From the IMG/VR virus record IMGVR_UViG_3300020175_000009, positions 1-57,315 of that record: a stretch of DNA of 57,315 bases. One strand, written 5' to 3'. How positions within the stretch are numbered: position 1 is the stretch's first letter; each line of letters begins with the position of its first letter. The position numbers were made by a program, and so were the translations under genes. Below, piece by piece: positions 47,023 to 55,898 of this stretch. The notes below the pieces were generated by a model, which was not told where the DNA came from, made no database searches, and saw nothing but the letters and a program-made list of their open reading frames with translations. The stretch comes from a virus. Lineage: Duplodnaviria; Caudoviricetes.

Positions 47023-50000
47023 ATGGCACAAAAACAATTTATTATTGACGGTGGTTTTACGACAAACGCCGGGTCATCACTAACTGGTAACCTGGACATG
47101 ACAGGTCACATCATCCCATCAGTGGATTCAGATGGTACTACTGGTTATGACCTAGGTTCACCATCCATGAAATGGCGTGACCTTTACCTATCACAAGGTT
47201 CACTTTACATCGATGGCCAAAAGGTTATCGAATCAAACAGCGGCACGATCGTTGTACAAGCTGACCCAGGTCAGTCACTAACTACAAAAGTTTCAGGTGC
47301 CGGTGTAATGACACTGGAATCAGAAACAACAGTTACAGTAGCAGCAACGTTACAGATGGCATCTGGTAAGAGAATTACTGACCAAGGTGGAAACGCAGTC
47401 GTATTTGGCGACAAAGTTGACCTAGACAACAATCAACTAATTAATGTTGGCTCACCAACAGCTGACGGACACGCAGTAACAAAACTATATGTTGACCAAC
47501 TAGTTGGCGCAATTTCAACAGCTGCAATCACTGAAGGTGATACAGAAATTGAAATCGCTGACCTTGGTACAGGTACAGTTGGTATTACAGTTGATGGTAT
47601 ACAGCGTTTAGCTCTTAGCAGTACAGCAGCAGCATTCACTGTTCCAGTAACAGTTAATGGCGTTGAACTAGCAGACCTAAACGAATTATCAACAGCACAA
47701 TCAGCAGCAGAAACAACAGCAGCAGCATATACAGATGCACGTGAAACATTTATCACAACTGCATACACAGCATACTCAGATGTACAAAAATCACGTATCG
47801 ATGCTATCCTATCAGCATCAACAGCAGATACAGATACATTTGCAGAAGTAGTAGCACTTGTTAACTCAGTAGATGCAACAAATGACTCAGTACTGGCAGG
47901 CGAAATTGCTAACCGTACATCAGCAGACACAGCACTAAGTGGTCGTTTAGATACTGTTGAAGGTACAGGCACTGGTTCAGTAGCAAAAGCACAAGCGGAT
48001 GCAATTGCATCAGCAGAAGCAAAAGACGTAGTACGTGCAACAGCAGCGGCATTAGACGCAACTACTAAAGCAGACCAAGCACTAGTAGACGCTAAAACAT
48101 ACGCAGATACAGCAGAAGCAGATGCAATTGCATCAGCAGAAGCAAAAGATGTAGTACGTGCAGCAGCAGCAAGCGCAGACGCAACAGCAAAAGCAGACGC
48201 AGCAGAAGCAGATGCAATTGCATCAGCAGAAGCAAAAGACGTAGTACGTGCAGCAGCAGCAAGCGCAGACGCAACTACTAAAGCAGACCAAGCACTAGTA
48301 GACGCTAAAACATACGCAGATACAGCAGAAGCAGATGCAATTGCATCAGCAGAAGCAAAAGATGTAGTACGTGCAGCGGCAGCAAGCGCAGACGCAACTA
48401 CTAAAGCAGACGCAGCAGAAGCAGATGCAATTGCATCAGCAGAAGCAAAAGACGTAGTACGTGCAACAGCAGCAAATGCATATGCAGATCAAGCAGAAGC
48501 GGATGCTAAAGCGTATACAGACACACGTGAAACAGCAATCACAACTGCATACCAAGCAGCAGACTCGTCACTATCGTCAGCAATCAATACTGAAAAATCA
48601 CGTATTGATGCAATTATGTCAGCTTCAACAACAGATGCAGATACGTTCGCAGAAGTAGTATCTCTTGTTAACTCAGTAGATGCAACAAATGACTCAGTAC
48701 TAGCCGGTGAAATTGCTAACCGTGCATCAGCAGATACAACATTACAAACAAATATCGACAATGAAGCATCAACACGTGCATCAGCAGATACAACATTACA
48801 AACAAATATCGACAATGAAGCATCAACACGTGCAACAGCAGATACAGCACTTGCTGGTCGTTTAGATACTGTTGAAGGTACTGGTACTGGTTCAGTAGCA
48901 AAAGCAGAAGCAGATGCAATCGCATCAGCAGAAGCAAAAGACGTAGTACGTGCAACAGCAGCAAATGCATATGCAGACCAAGCAGAAGCAGATGCAATTG
49001 CATCAGCAGAAGCAAAAGATGTAGTACGTGCAGCAGCAGCAAGCGCAGACGCAACTACTAAAGCAGACGCAGCAGAAGCAGATGCAATTGCATCAGCAGA
49101 AGCAAAAGACGTAGTACGTGCAACAGCAGCAAATGCATATGCAGACCAAGCAGAAGCAGATGCAATCGCATCAGCAGAAGCAAAAGACGTAGTACGTGCA
49201 GCAGCAGCAAGCGCAGACGCAACTACTAAAGCAGACGCAGCAGAAGCAGATGCAATTGCATCAGCAGAAGCAAAAGATGTAGTACGTGCAGCAGCAGCAA
49301 GCGCAGACGCAACTACTAAAGCAGACCAAGCACTAGTAGACGCTAAAACATATGCAGATACAGCAGAAGCAGATGCAATTGCATCAGCAAATGCTTACAC
49401 AGATGGTCGTGAAACAGCTATCACAACTGCTTATGAATCATATTCAGATGTACAAAAAGCACGTGTCGATGCTATCCTATCAGCATCAAGTGCAGACAAA
49501 GATACATTTGCAGAAATCGTTACATTTATCAACTCAGTTGATACAACAAACGACACAGCACTGGGTACTGAAATCACAACACGTGCCGCAGCAGACACAG
49601 CACTAAGTGGTCGCTTAGATACTATTGAAGGCTCAGGTACTGGATCAGTAGCAAAAGCACAAGCAGATGCACAATCATATGCAGACACAGCAGAAGCAGA
49701 TGCAATCGCATCAGCGGAAGCAAAAGACGTAGTAAGAGCGGCAGCAGCGGCATTAGACGCAACTACTAAAGCAGACCAAGCAGAAGCAGATGCAATCGCA
49801 TCAGCAGAAGCTAAAGATGTAGTACGTGCAACAGCAGCGGCATTAGACGCAACTACTAAAGCAGACCAAGCAGAAGCAGATGCGATTTCGTCAGCAGAAG
49901 CTAAAGATGTAGTACGTGCAACAGCAGCAAATGCATATGCAGACCAAGCAGAAGCAGATGCAATCGCATCAGCAGAAGCTAAAGATGTAGTACGTGCAAC

Positions 50001-51912
50001 AGCAGCAAACGCATATGCAGACCAAGCAGAAGCAGATGCGAAAACATATGCAGATGGTATTGTGTCAACAGAAGCATCATCAAGAGCAAGTGCTGATACA
50101 GCATTAGATGGTCGTTTAGACACTCTTGAAGGCGCAGATACGGTAATAGGCTCAGTAGCAAAAGCAGAAAAAGATGCGAAGGCGTATACAGATACACGTG
50201 AAACAGCAATCACAACTGCATACGAAGCAGCAGATAGCACACTTCAAACAAACATCAATACTGAAAAATCACGTATCGATGCGATTATGTCAGCATCAAC
50301 ATCAGATGCCGATACGTTTGCAGAAATCGTTTCACTAGTAAACTCTGTAGATACGACAAATGATTCAGCACTAGGTACTGAAATTGCTAATCGTACATCA
50401 GCAGATAGTACACTGCAAACAAATATCAACAATGAAGCATCGACACGTGCATCAGCAGATACCGCACTGGGCAATCGTTTAAATACAATCGAAGGCACAG
50501 GTACTGGATCAGTAGCAAAAGCACAAGCAGATGCACAATCATATGCAGATACAGCAGAAGCAGATGCAATCGCATCAGCAGAAGCTAAAGATGTAGTACG
50601 TGCGACAGCGGCGGCGGCGGACGCAACAGCTAAAGCAAATGCAGCAGAAGCAGATGCAATTGCGTCAGCAGAAGCAAAAGACGTAGTACGTGCAACAGCA
50701 GCGGCATTAGACGCAACTACTAAAGCAGACCAAGCACTAGTAGATGCGAAAGCATATGCTGATACAGCAGAAGTAGATGCGAAAGCATATACAGATACAC
50801 GTGAAACAGCTATCACAACTGCTTACCAGTCATATGCTGATACAGCAGAATCAGATGCGATTTCGTCAGCAGAAGCAAAAGACGTAGTACGTGCAACAGC
50901 AGCAAATGCATATGCAGACCAAGCAGAAGCAGATGCAATCGCATCAGCAGAAGCAAAAGACGTAGTACGTGCAGCAACAGCAAACGCATACGCAGACCAA
51001 GCAGAAGCAGATGCAAAAGCATATACAGATACACGTGAAACAGCTATCACAACTGCTTATCAGTCATATTCAGATGTACAAAAAGGTCGCGTTGACGCTA
51101 TCTTATCTGCATCAAGTGCAGACAAAGATACATTTGCAGAAATCGTTACATTTATCAACTCAGTTGATACAACAAACGACACAGCACTAGGTACTGAAAT
51201 TACTACACGTGCCGCAGCAGATACAGCACTAAGTGGTCGTTTAGATACTGTTGAAGGCTCAGGTACAGGTTCTGTAGCTAAAGCAGAAGCAGATGCAATT
51301 GCATCAGCAGAAGCTAAAGATGTAGTACGTGCGGCAGCAGCAAATGCATATGCAGATACAGCAGAAGCAGACGCAATTGCATCAGCAGAAGCTAAAGATG
51401 TAGTACGTGCGGCAGCAGCAAATGCATATGCAGACCAAGCAGAAGCAGACGCAATTGCATCAGCAGAAGCTAAAGATGTAGTACGTGCATCAGCGGCAGC
51501 AGCAGATGCAACAGCTAAAGCAAACGCAGCACAATCAGCAGCAGAAGCAACAGCTTCAGCAGACGCAACAGCTAAAGCAAATGCAGCACTATCAACAGCA
51601 CAAGCATACGCAGACCAAGCAGAAGTAGATGCTAAAGGATACGCAGATACTGGAATTAGTAACCTTGAATCAAGTTTAACACACTTCCACAGTTCAGTAG
51701 TAGATGTAACTTCTGCAGTTTCAACTTCAAATTCTACAGCTTCAGTTAGCTATACATTTAGTGAGCTATCTAACGCTAGGCATTATGTAGTATTGTTAAA
51801 CAGACAAGTACTAAGACCATCAGAATATTCTGTTAGTGGCACAACACTAACTATTCAAACTGGTGTCTTGGCAACAGACGATGAATTAGAAGTAACAGGT
51901 TTTAGTTCATAA
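47023..51912 (+). CDS. Very long Ala-rich repeat fibre protein (1629 aa)
   Basis: YDLGSPSMKWRDLYLS head motif, many AEADAIASAEAKDVVRA repeats, C-terminal beta-sandwich module; AAGGAG SD. Confidence 0.85.
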   Translation: MAQKQFIIDGGFTTNAGSSLTGNLDMTGHIIPSVDSDGTTGYDLGSPSMKWRDLYLSQGSLYIDGQKVIESNSGTIVVQADPGQSLTTKVSGAGVMTLESETTVTVAATLQMASGKRITDQGGNAVVFGDKVDLDNNQLINVGSPTADGHAVTKLYVDQLVGAISTAAITEGDTEIEIADLGTGTVGITVDGIQRLALSSTAAAFTVPVTVNGVELADLNELSTAQSAAETTAAAYTDARETFITTAYTAYSDVQKSRIDAILSASTADTDTFAEVVALVNSVDATNDSVLAGEIANRTSADTALSGRLDTVEGTGTGSVAKAQADAIASAEAKDVVRATAAALDATTKADQALVDAKTYADTAEADAIASAEAKDVVRAAAASADATAKADAAEADAIASAEAKDVVRAAAASADATTKADQALVDAKTYADTAEADAIASAEAKDVVRAAAASADATTKADAAEADAIASAEAKDVVRATAANAYADQAEADAKAYTDTRETAITTAYQAADSSLSSAINTEKSRIDAIMSASTTDADTFAEVVSLVNSVDATNDSVLAGEIANRASADTTLQTNIDNEASTRASADTTLQTNIDNEASTRATADTALAGRLDTVEGTGTGSVAKAEADAIASAEAKDVVRATAANAYADQAEADAIASAEAKDVVRAAAASADATTKADAAEADAIASAEAKDVVRATAANAYADQAEADAIASAEAKDVVRAAAASADATTKADAAEADAIASAEAKDVVRAAAASADATTKADQALVDAKTYADTAEADAIASANAYTDGRETAITTAYESYSDVQKARVDAILSASSADKDTFAEIVTFINSVDTTNDTALGTEITTRAAADTALSGRLDTIEGSGTGSVAKAQADAQSYADTAEADAIASAEAKDVVRAAAAALDATTKADQAEADAIASAEAKDVVRATAAALDATTKADQAEADAISSAEAKDVVRATAANAYADQAEADAIASAEAKDVVRATAANAYADQAEADAKTYADGIVSTEASSRASADTALDGRLDTLEGADTVIGSVAKAEKDAKAYTDTRETAITTAYEAADSTLQTNINTEKSRIDAIMSASTSDADTFAEIVSLVNSVDTTNDSALGTEIANRTSADSTLQTNINNEASTRASADTALGNRLNTIEGTGTGSVAKAQADAQSYADTAEADAIASAEAKDVVRATAAAADATAKANAAEADAIASAEAKDVVRATAAALDATTKADQALVDAKAYADTAEVDAKAYTDTRETAITTAYQSYADTAESDAISSAEAKDVVRATAANAYADQAEADAIASAEAKDVVRAATANAYADQAEADAKAYTDTRETAITTAYQSYSDVQKGRVDAILSASSADKDTFAEIVTFINSVDTTNDTALGTEITTRAAADTALSGRLDTVEGSGTGSVAKAEADAIASAEAKDVVRAAAANAYADTAEADAIASAEAKDVVRAAAANAYADQAEADAIASAEAKDVVRASAAAADATAKANAAQSAAEATASADATAKANAALSTAQAYADQAEVDAKGYADTGISNLESSLTHFHSSVVDVTSAVSTSNSTASVSYTFSELSNARHYVVLLNRQVLRPSEYSVSGTTLTIQTGVLATDDELEVTGFSS
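47980..51630 (+). repeat. Intragenic tandem/hierarchical DNA repeats
   Basis: Many near-identical copies of gcagaagcagatgcaat(t/c)gcatcagcagaagc(a/t)aaaga(c/t)gtagtacgtgc. Confidence 0.9.
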
Positions 51913-51924
51913 TAACCATTGGCC

Positions 51925-51995
51925 AACAGTGAGGGGTTAGAGACAGCCCCTCACTTAGTTCGCAAGAACAGTGAGGAATACAGAGTATACCTTTC
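51925..51995 (+). promoter_or_regulatory. Intergenic RNA element with mutually exclusive hairpins
   Basis: AACAGTGAGG occurs at 51925 and 51967, and both copies can pair with CCTCACT (51949-55); GTTC-GCAA-GAAC GNRA hairpin lies between. Confidence 0.5.
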
Positions 51996-52027
51996 GTGCT
52001 AATAAAACTCAACAAAGGGAGAGTAAA

Positions 52028-53851
52028 ATGTCTTCAAGAAAAGTTAAAATTAATGGTGTGATGAGTAAATTCACATTCAACAAAAGTAAAAAATACAAAT
52101 ACAACAAACAGGGTAACCTAGAAGAAGCAACAGTGATTAACGATGATGATATCATCATGTCAGGTTCAAAGTCAAGTCTACGTCGTATGGCTGACATTGA
52201 GCGTAACATCTCTATTCTAGCAACAAAGCTAACAACTACAGACGGTGAAGCACTTGACGCAGACGATACGAGCTATGGAAACACAGTTAACAGCAACACA
52301 CGTTTCAAGAAAGCTGTACGATTCTCAAGCGATGTTAGCATTGACTCAAGCGATACTCTAGATGTTAACGGTACACTAAGAGTTGACGGTGCCCTATCAC
52401 TAGGTTCATCAGCAGCAAGCACAATTGATTCACGTATTGATACAAAAATTAATTCATTGGTAGCAGGTGCTCCAGCGGCACTAAACACACTTAATGAACT
52501 AGCAGCAGCAATTGGTGATAACGCATCATATGCAGCATCAGTCACAACTGCACTGGGAAACAAAGTTTCAATTGGTTCAAGTGAGTATGTAAAAGGTGCA
52601 ACAGTATCAAACGATACAATTACATTTACACGTGGTAACAACACAACGTTCTCAGTTACAACATCTGATGCTAACAGCAACACATATGTAACAGGTGCAG
52701 CATTCAGCACAACAAACGGTGTTCTAACACTGACACGTAACAGTGGTTCAGTAGCGGTTGATCTAGATGGTCGTTATCAAACAGCAGGTTCTTATGCAAC
52801 TACTAATTCAGCACAAGTACTACGTGCAACAGATGCAATTACAGTTTCAGATGATACAATCACAATCCACAAAGGTGACGGTACATCAGAATCAGTAACA
52901 ACATCAGATGCTAACTCAAACACATACCTAACAGGTGCAGCATTCAGCACAACAAACGGTGTTCTAACACTGACACGTAACAGTGGTTCAGTGACAGTTG
53001 ACCTAGATGGTCGTTATCAAACAGCAGGTTCTTATGCAACTACTAATTCAGCACAAGTAATGAGAGCAACAGATGCGCTAACAGTATCAAACGACACAAT
53101 CACAATTCATAAGGGTGACGGTACATCAGAGTCAGTATCAATTTCAGATGCTAACACAAACACATGGCGTGCAGTTGTTAATGGTCTAACATCAACAGCT
53201 ACAGACCAGTCACTATCAGCAGCACAAGGTAAAGTTCTTAAAGACCTTGTAGATACTAAAGCAACACCAGCTGATATCACAACAGCAATCAACAATCTAG
53301 TTGACGGTGCTCCAGCAGCTCTAAACACACTTAATGAACTAGCGGCAGCTATTGGTGATAATGCAAGTTACGCATCATCAATTACAACTTCACTAAGCGG
53401 CAAAGCATCAACTGGTACAACAATGACAGCAGGTGCCGGTCTAACAGGCGGCGGTAACCTAGGTGCTAACCGTACATTCAACGTTGGTGGCGGTAACGGT
53501 ATCACAGTGTCAGCAGATGGCGTTGCAATGAGCGGTTCATTCACTGGTGACTTCACAGCATCTGGTGATATCACAGCTTATTCAGATGATAGCCTAAAAA
53601 CTAACGTTCAAGTAATTGATGGTGCGCTAGGTCGTGTTGAAGCGATCCGTGGTGTAACATTCGAGCGTATCGAAGATGGCTCAGTTTCAACTGGTGTTAT
53701 CGCTCAAGAACTTGAAGCAGTTCTACCAGAAGCAGTTAAGACAGACGCAAATGGTGTTCGTCACGTTGCTTATGGTAACATTACTGGTCTACTAATTGAA
53801 GCTGTTAAAGAACTATCAGCTCAAGTAGCAGAATTAAAAGCATCTAAGTAA
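52028..53851 (+). CDS. Tail fibre with C-terminal peptidase S74 intramolecular chaperone
   Basis: GAPAALNTLNELAAAIG twice, an 80-aa duplication, and C-terminal YSDDSLK...GVIAQELEAVLPEAV...LIEAVKEL; SD before ATG 52028. Confidence 0.87.
   Translation: MSSRKVKINGVMSKFTFNKSKKYKYNKQGNLEEATVINDDDIIMSGSKSSLRRMADIERNISILATKLTTTDGEALDADDTSYGNTVNSNTRFKKAVRFSSDVSIDSSDTLDVNGTLRVDGALSLGSSAASTIDSRIDTKINSLVAGAPAALNTLNELAAAIGDNASYAASVTTALGNKVSIGSSEYVKGATVSNDTITFTRGNNTTFSVTTSDANSNTYVTGAAFSTTNGVLTLTRNSGSVAVDLDGRYQTAGSYATTNSAQVLRATDAITVSDDTITIHKGDGTSESVTTSDANSNTYLTGAAFSTTNGVLTLTRNSGSVTVDLDGRYQTAGSYATTNSAQVMRATDALTVSNDTITIHKGDGTSESVSISDANTNTWRAVVNGLTSTATDQSLSAAQGKVLKDLVDTKATPADITTAINNLVDGAPAALNTLNELAAAIGDNASYASSITTSLSGKASTGTTMTAGAGLTGGGNLGANRTFNVGGGNGITVSADGVAMSGSFTGDFTASGDITAYSDDSLKTNVQVIDGALGRVEAIRGVTFERIEDGSVSTGVIAQELEAVLPEAVKTDANGVRHVAYGNITGLLIEAVKELSAQVAELKASK
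52681..53160 (+). repeat. 240-bp tandem duplication within the fibre gene
   Basis: Lines starting at 52681 and 52921 are nearly identical. Confidence 0.85.
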
Positions 53852-53873
53852 TTTAAAATTACTTAATATTATT

Positions 53874-53901
53874 GGAGCAGTGGAAACACTGCTCCTTTTT
53901 T
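53874..53901 (+). terminator. Rho-independent terminator
   Basis: GGAGCAGTG-GAAA-CACTGCTCC-TTTTTT. Confidence 0.93.
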
Positions 53902-53904
53902 ATG

Positions 53905-53912
53905 AATAAATA
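53905..53912 (+). promoter_or_regulatory. Late promoter (AATAAATA)
   Basis: Immediately after the terminator, 5 nt before ATG 53918. Confidence 0.6.
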
Positions 53913-53917
53913 AAACT

Positions 53918-54364
53918 ATGAAACACATAGATCACTCTGAAATTTTATCTTTTGAAAGAACGTACGATATTAGATTCGACAAGTTGCAATGGTTGGATAT
54001 CCCATATGATGAATTGTATGTTACACAAAATCAATGGGACACATTTAACGTTCAGCATGTTCTGGATATTTTAGAAAACTTTCACCCAGCATTACTGAGA
54101 GCTAGTAGTGTAGCTAAAATTAATGGAAAGTACTATTTGTGGGAGGGACAGCACAGTGCAACCGCCTCTTACATAAGTGGTATGGATAAAATACATTGTG
54201 GAGTATATACGTGTGATAGTATGTATTTTAAAGATATACCGTCGGTTGAACAATTTGCACCAGGTCAAATTGCTGATCTAATTAAAATGTTTATGGACGA
54301 CACCGGGGCTAATACAGTTGATGAAGTATTAAAATTTGTAGGAAATTTAGATTATGAGGCATAA
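53918..54364 (+). CDS. ParB/Srx-like (DGQHR-related) domain protein
   Basis: SVAKINGKYYLWEGQHSA resembles the ParB-N/DGQHR motif, with R replaced by S. Confidence 0.55.
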   Translation: MKHIDHSEILSFERTYDIRFDKLQWLDIPYDELYVTQNQWDTFNVQHVLDILENFHPALLRASSVAKINGKYYLWEGQHSATASYISGMDKIHCGVYTCDSMYFKDIPSVEQFAPGQIADLIKMFMDDTGANTVDEVLKFVGNLDYEA

Positions 54365-55070
54365 TACAGATTGGAACAAAAATATAACATTACCAAGTAA
54401 GAAGTTTCTTCAGGGAAGATGGGAATGTAATATGTCAAACAGTGAATATCATTTCGATGAAACCACACAGGATCGACCAGGTGATTGGTTTAAAATTTTA
54501 GGAAATGTCGGAGACATGTTCAATCAAGAAGTACAAGACATTACTAATGCGGCAGATCGATTTATTAAATATGAAGAAAATATAGAAGATTTGGCATTTA
54601 CTACGCCTAACTATGATAAATCAACAGGAACAATAAAGAGTATAACATCTAAGGCATTTACTGATCCATCCACGCCATTTTATGAACTGAAAAAACTACA
54701 AAAAATGTTTGCCATTGAGGACCACTCGGTAGAAGGTATTGCTCATACAACGAGGCTTGTGATACAACCGCCAGGGGGGATGTATAAAATGCACATTGAC
54801 GATGAATTATGGAAAATATATCCCCAAGATCCGAGCCGTGTAGTAAGATTGACTATTATGTTACAGGATTGGAAACCAGGACAGTTTTTTATGTATGGAA
54901 ATTTAATATATGATAATTGGAAAGCAGGTGATGTTCATATTTTTGATTGGCCAAACACCCCACACGCCACTGCAAACGCATCATCATTTCATAGACTAAC
55001 TATGCAACTCACTGGGCTAAAAAATGAAAAAACTGAACAGATTATAAAAAATGGATTGCCCAATGGATGA
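54354..55070 (+). CDS. 2-oxoglutarate/Fe(II) dioxygenase (Asp/Asn beta-hydroxylase-like)
   Basis: QPPGG...MHID, PHATAN and distal R (HxD...H...R) in a cupin-type fold. Confidence 0.78.
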   Translation: MRHNTDWNKNITLPSKKFLQGRWECNMSNSEYHFDETTQDRPGDWFKILGNVGDMFNQEVQDITNAADRFIKYEENIEDLAFTTPNYDKSTGTIKSITSKAFTDPSTPFYELKKLQKMFAIEDHSVEGIAHTTRLVIQPPGGMYKMHIDDELWKIYPQDPSRVVRLTIMLQDWKPGQFFMYGNLIYDNWKAGDVHIFDWPNTPHATANASSFHRLTMQLTGLKNEKTEQIIKNGLPNG

Positions 55071-55317
55071 CTTAAAAATAATATCTGGTGCCCTGAGCAA
55101 ACTCATAGAATTGCAGGGTGTAACTGATGGAGAAAATTCTGGTATACGGGCAGAAGATTTGAATAAAATGTTCATCCATAATAATGAAAAAACAGTTTTG
55201 TCAGAAAATGATAGATTGGTATTGGCAATTTTAGTTGAAGCAGTAAAGCATTTAGATGATAAAATGGAAAATATCAAGTCCATTATGGAATCAATATTAA
55301 ATAACCAGAATGAATAA
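55051..55317 (+). CDS. Stand-alone, degenerate S74 chaperone-like protein
   Basis: IISGALSKLIELQGVT / SGIRAEDL / ILVEAVKHL align with the S74 domain of 52028..53851. The start may be ATG 55063. Confidence 0.6.
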   Translation: MDCPMDDLKIISGALSKLIELQGVTDGENSGIRAEDLNKMFIHNNEKTVLSENDRLVLAILVEAVKHLDDKMENIKSIMESILNNQNE

Positions 55318-55320
55318 ATA
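55313..55320 (+). promoter_or_regulatory. Late promoter (AATAAATA)
   Basis: Upstream of 55349; AGGAGA SD in between. Confidence 0.6.
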
Positions 55321-55348
55321 CATATATATTAAGTCCGATTAGGAGAAA

Positions 55349-55861
55349 ATGATGGCATTTAGAACAATACAAACCACCAACTTGCAAAGCACACAAACCA
55401 GCTTTAGTGACCCAGTAGTAGTGGTGGGGAAAGACAATACAACAGCTACTGATATTGGATTTTTGGGGAAGACAGGCACTGATATATACAGTGGTTTGGT
55501 TAGAGACGTGGAAACTCAAAAATATTATTTGATAGAAAACTATACAAGCACAGAATCCAATAATGATATTAGCCCAGTTCTTAGTGATAAGTCAACATTG
55601 GTATTGGAAAGAATAGAAGCATCTAGTTTTGTAGGAAATTTACAAGGTAACATTATTAATTCACAAGGACAACCTGTAATTGATAATTCAGGCGCTTTAT
55701 ATCCCACTGTTTTTAGATCTCCAAGGGGAATAGAATCAGAAAGGCCGTCACCAGCATCAGAAGGTATGATTTTCTTTAACACACAGACAAAGATGTTTGA
55801 AGGATACGACGGCACCGCTTGGATACAGTTTGTACCTTCTACTTATCAAGAAACTCCATAA
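55349..55861 (+). CDS. Short fibre/structural protein
   Basis: DIGFLG...YSGLVRD and C-terminal PRG...RP...EGMIFFNT...FEGYDGTAW module typical of T4-like virion fibres. Confidence 0.7.
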   Translation: MMAFRTIQTTNLQSTQTSFSDPVVVVGKDNTTATDIGFLGKTGTDIYSGLVRDVETQKYYLIENYTSTESNNDISPVLSDKSTLVLERIEASSFVGNLQGNIINSQGQPVIDNSGALYPTVFRSPRGIESERPSPASEGMIFFNTQTKMFEGYDGTAWIQFVPSTYQETP

Positions 55862-55865
55862 TAAG

Positions 55866-55873
55866 CATAAATA
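55866..55873 (+). promoter_or_regulatory. Late promoter (CATAAATA)
   Basis: Upstream of the 55899 start. Confidence 0.6.
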
Positions 55874-55898
55874 CAATATATAGATATGGAGAAATAAA

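Noticed and set aside
42233-51190. Long antisense and off-frame ORFs (Ala/Ser/Val-rich or poly-Leu/Gln)
   Set aside because: By-products of GCA-rich repetitive coding on the + strand; no SD or promoters.
47980-51630. CRISPR-like repeat array
   Set aside because: The repeats are in-frame coding units with repetitive, non-unique intervening sequence; no cas genes or leader.
52028-55861. Diversity-generating retroelement or invertible fibre cassette
   Set aside because: No reverse transcriptase, no adenine-specific TR/VR pair, and no invertase or flanking inverted sites seen in the window.
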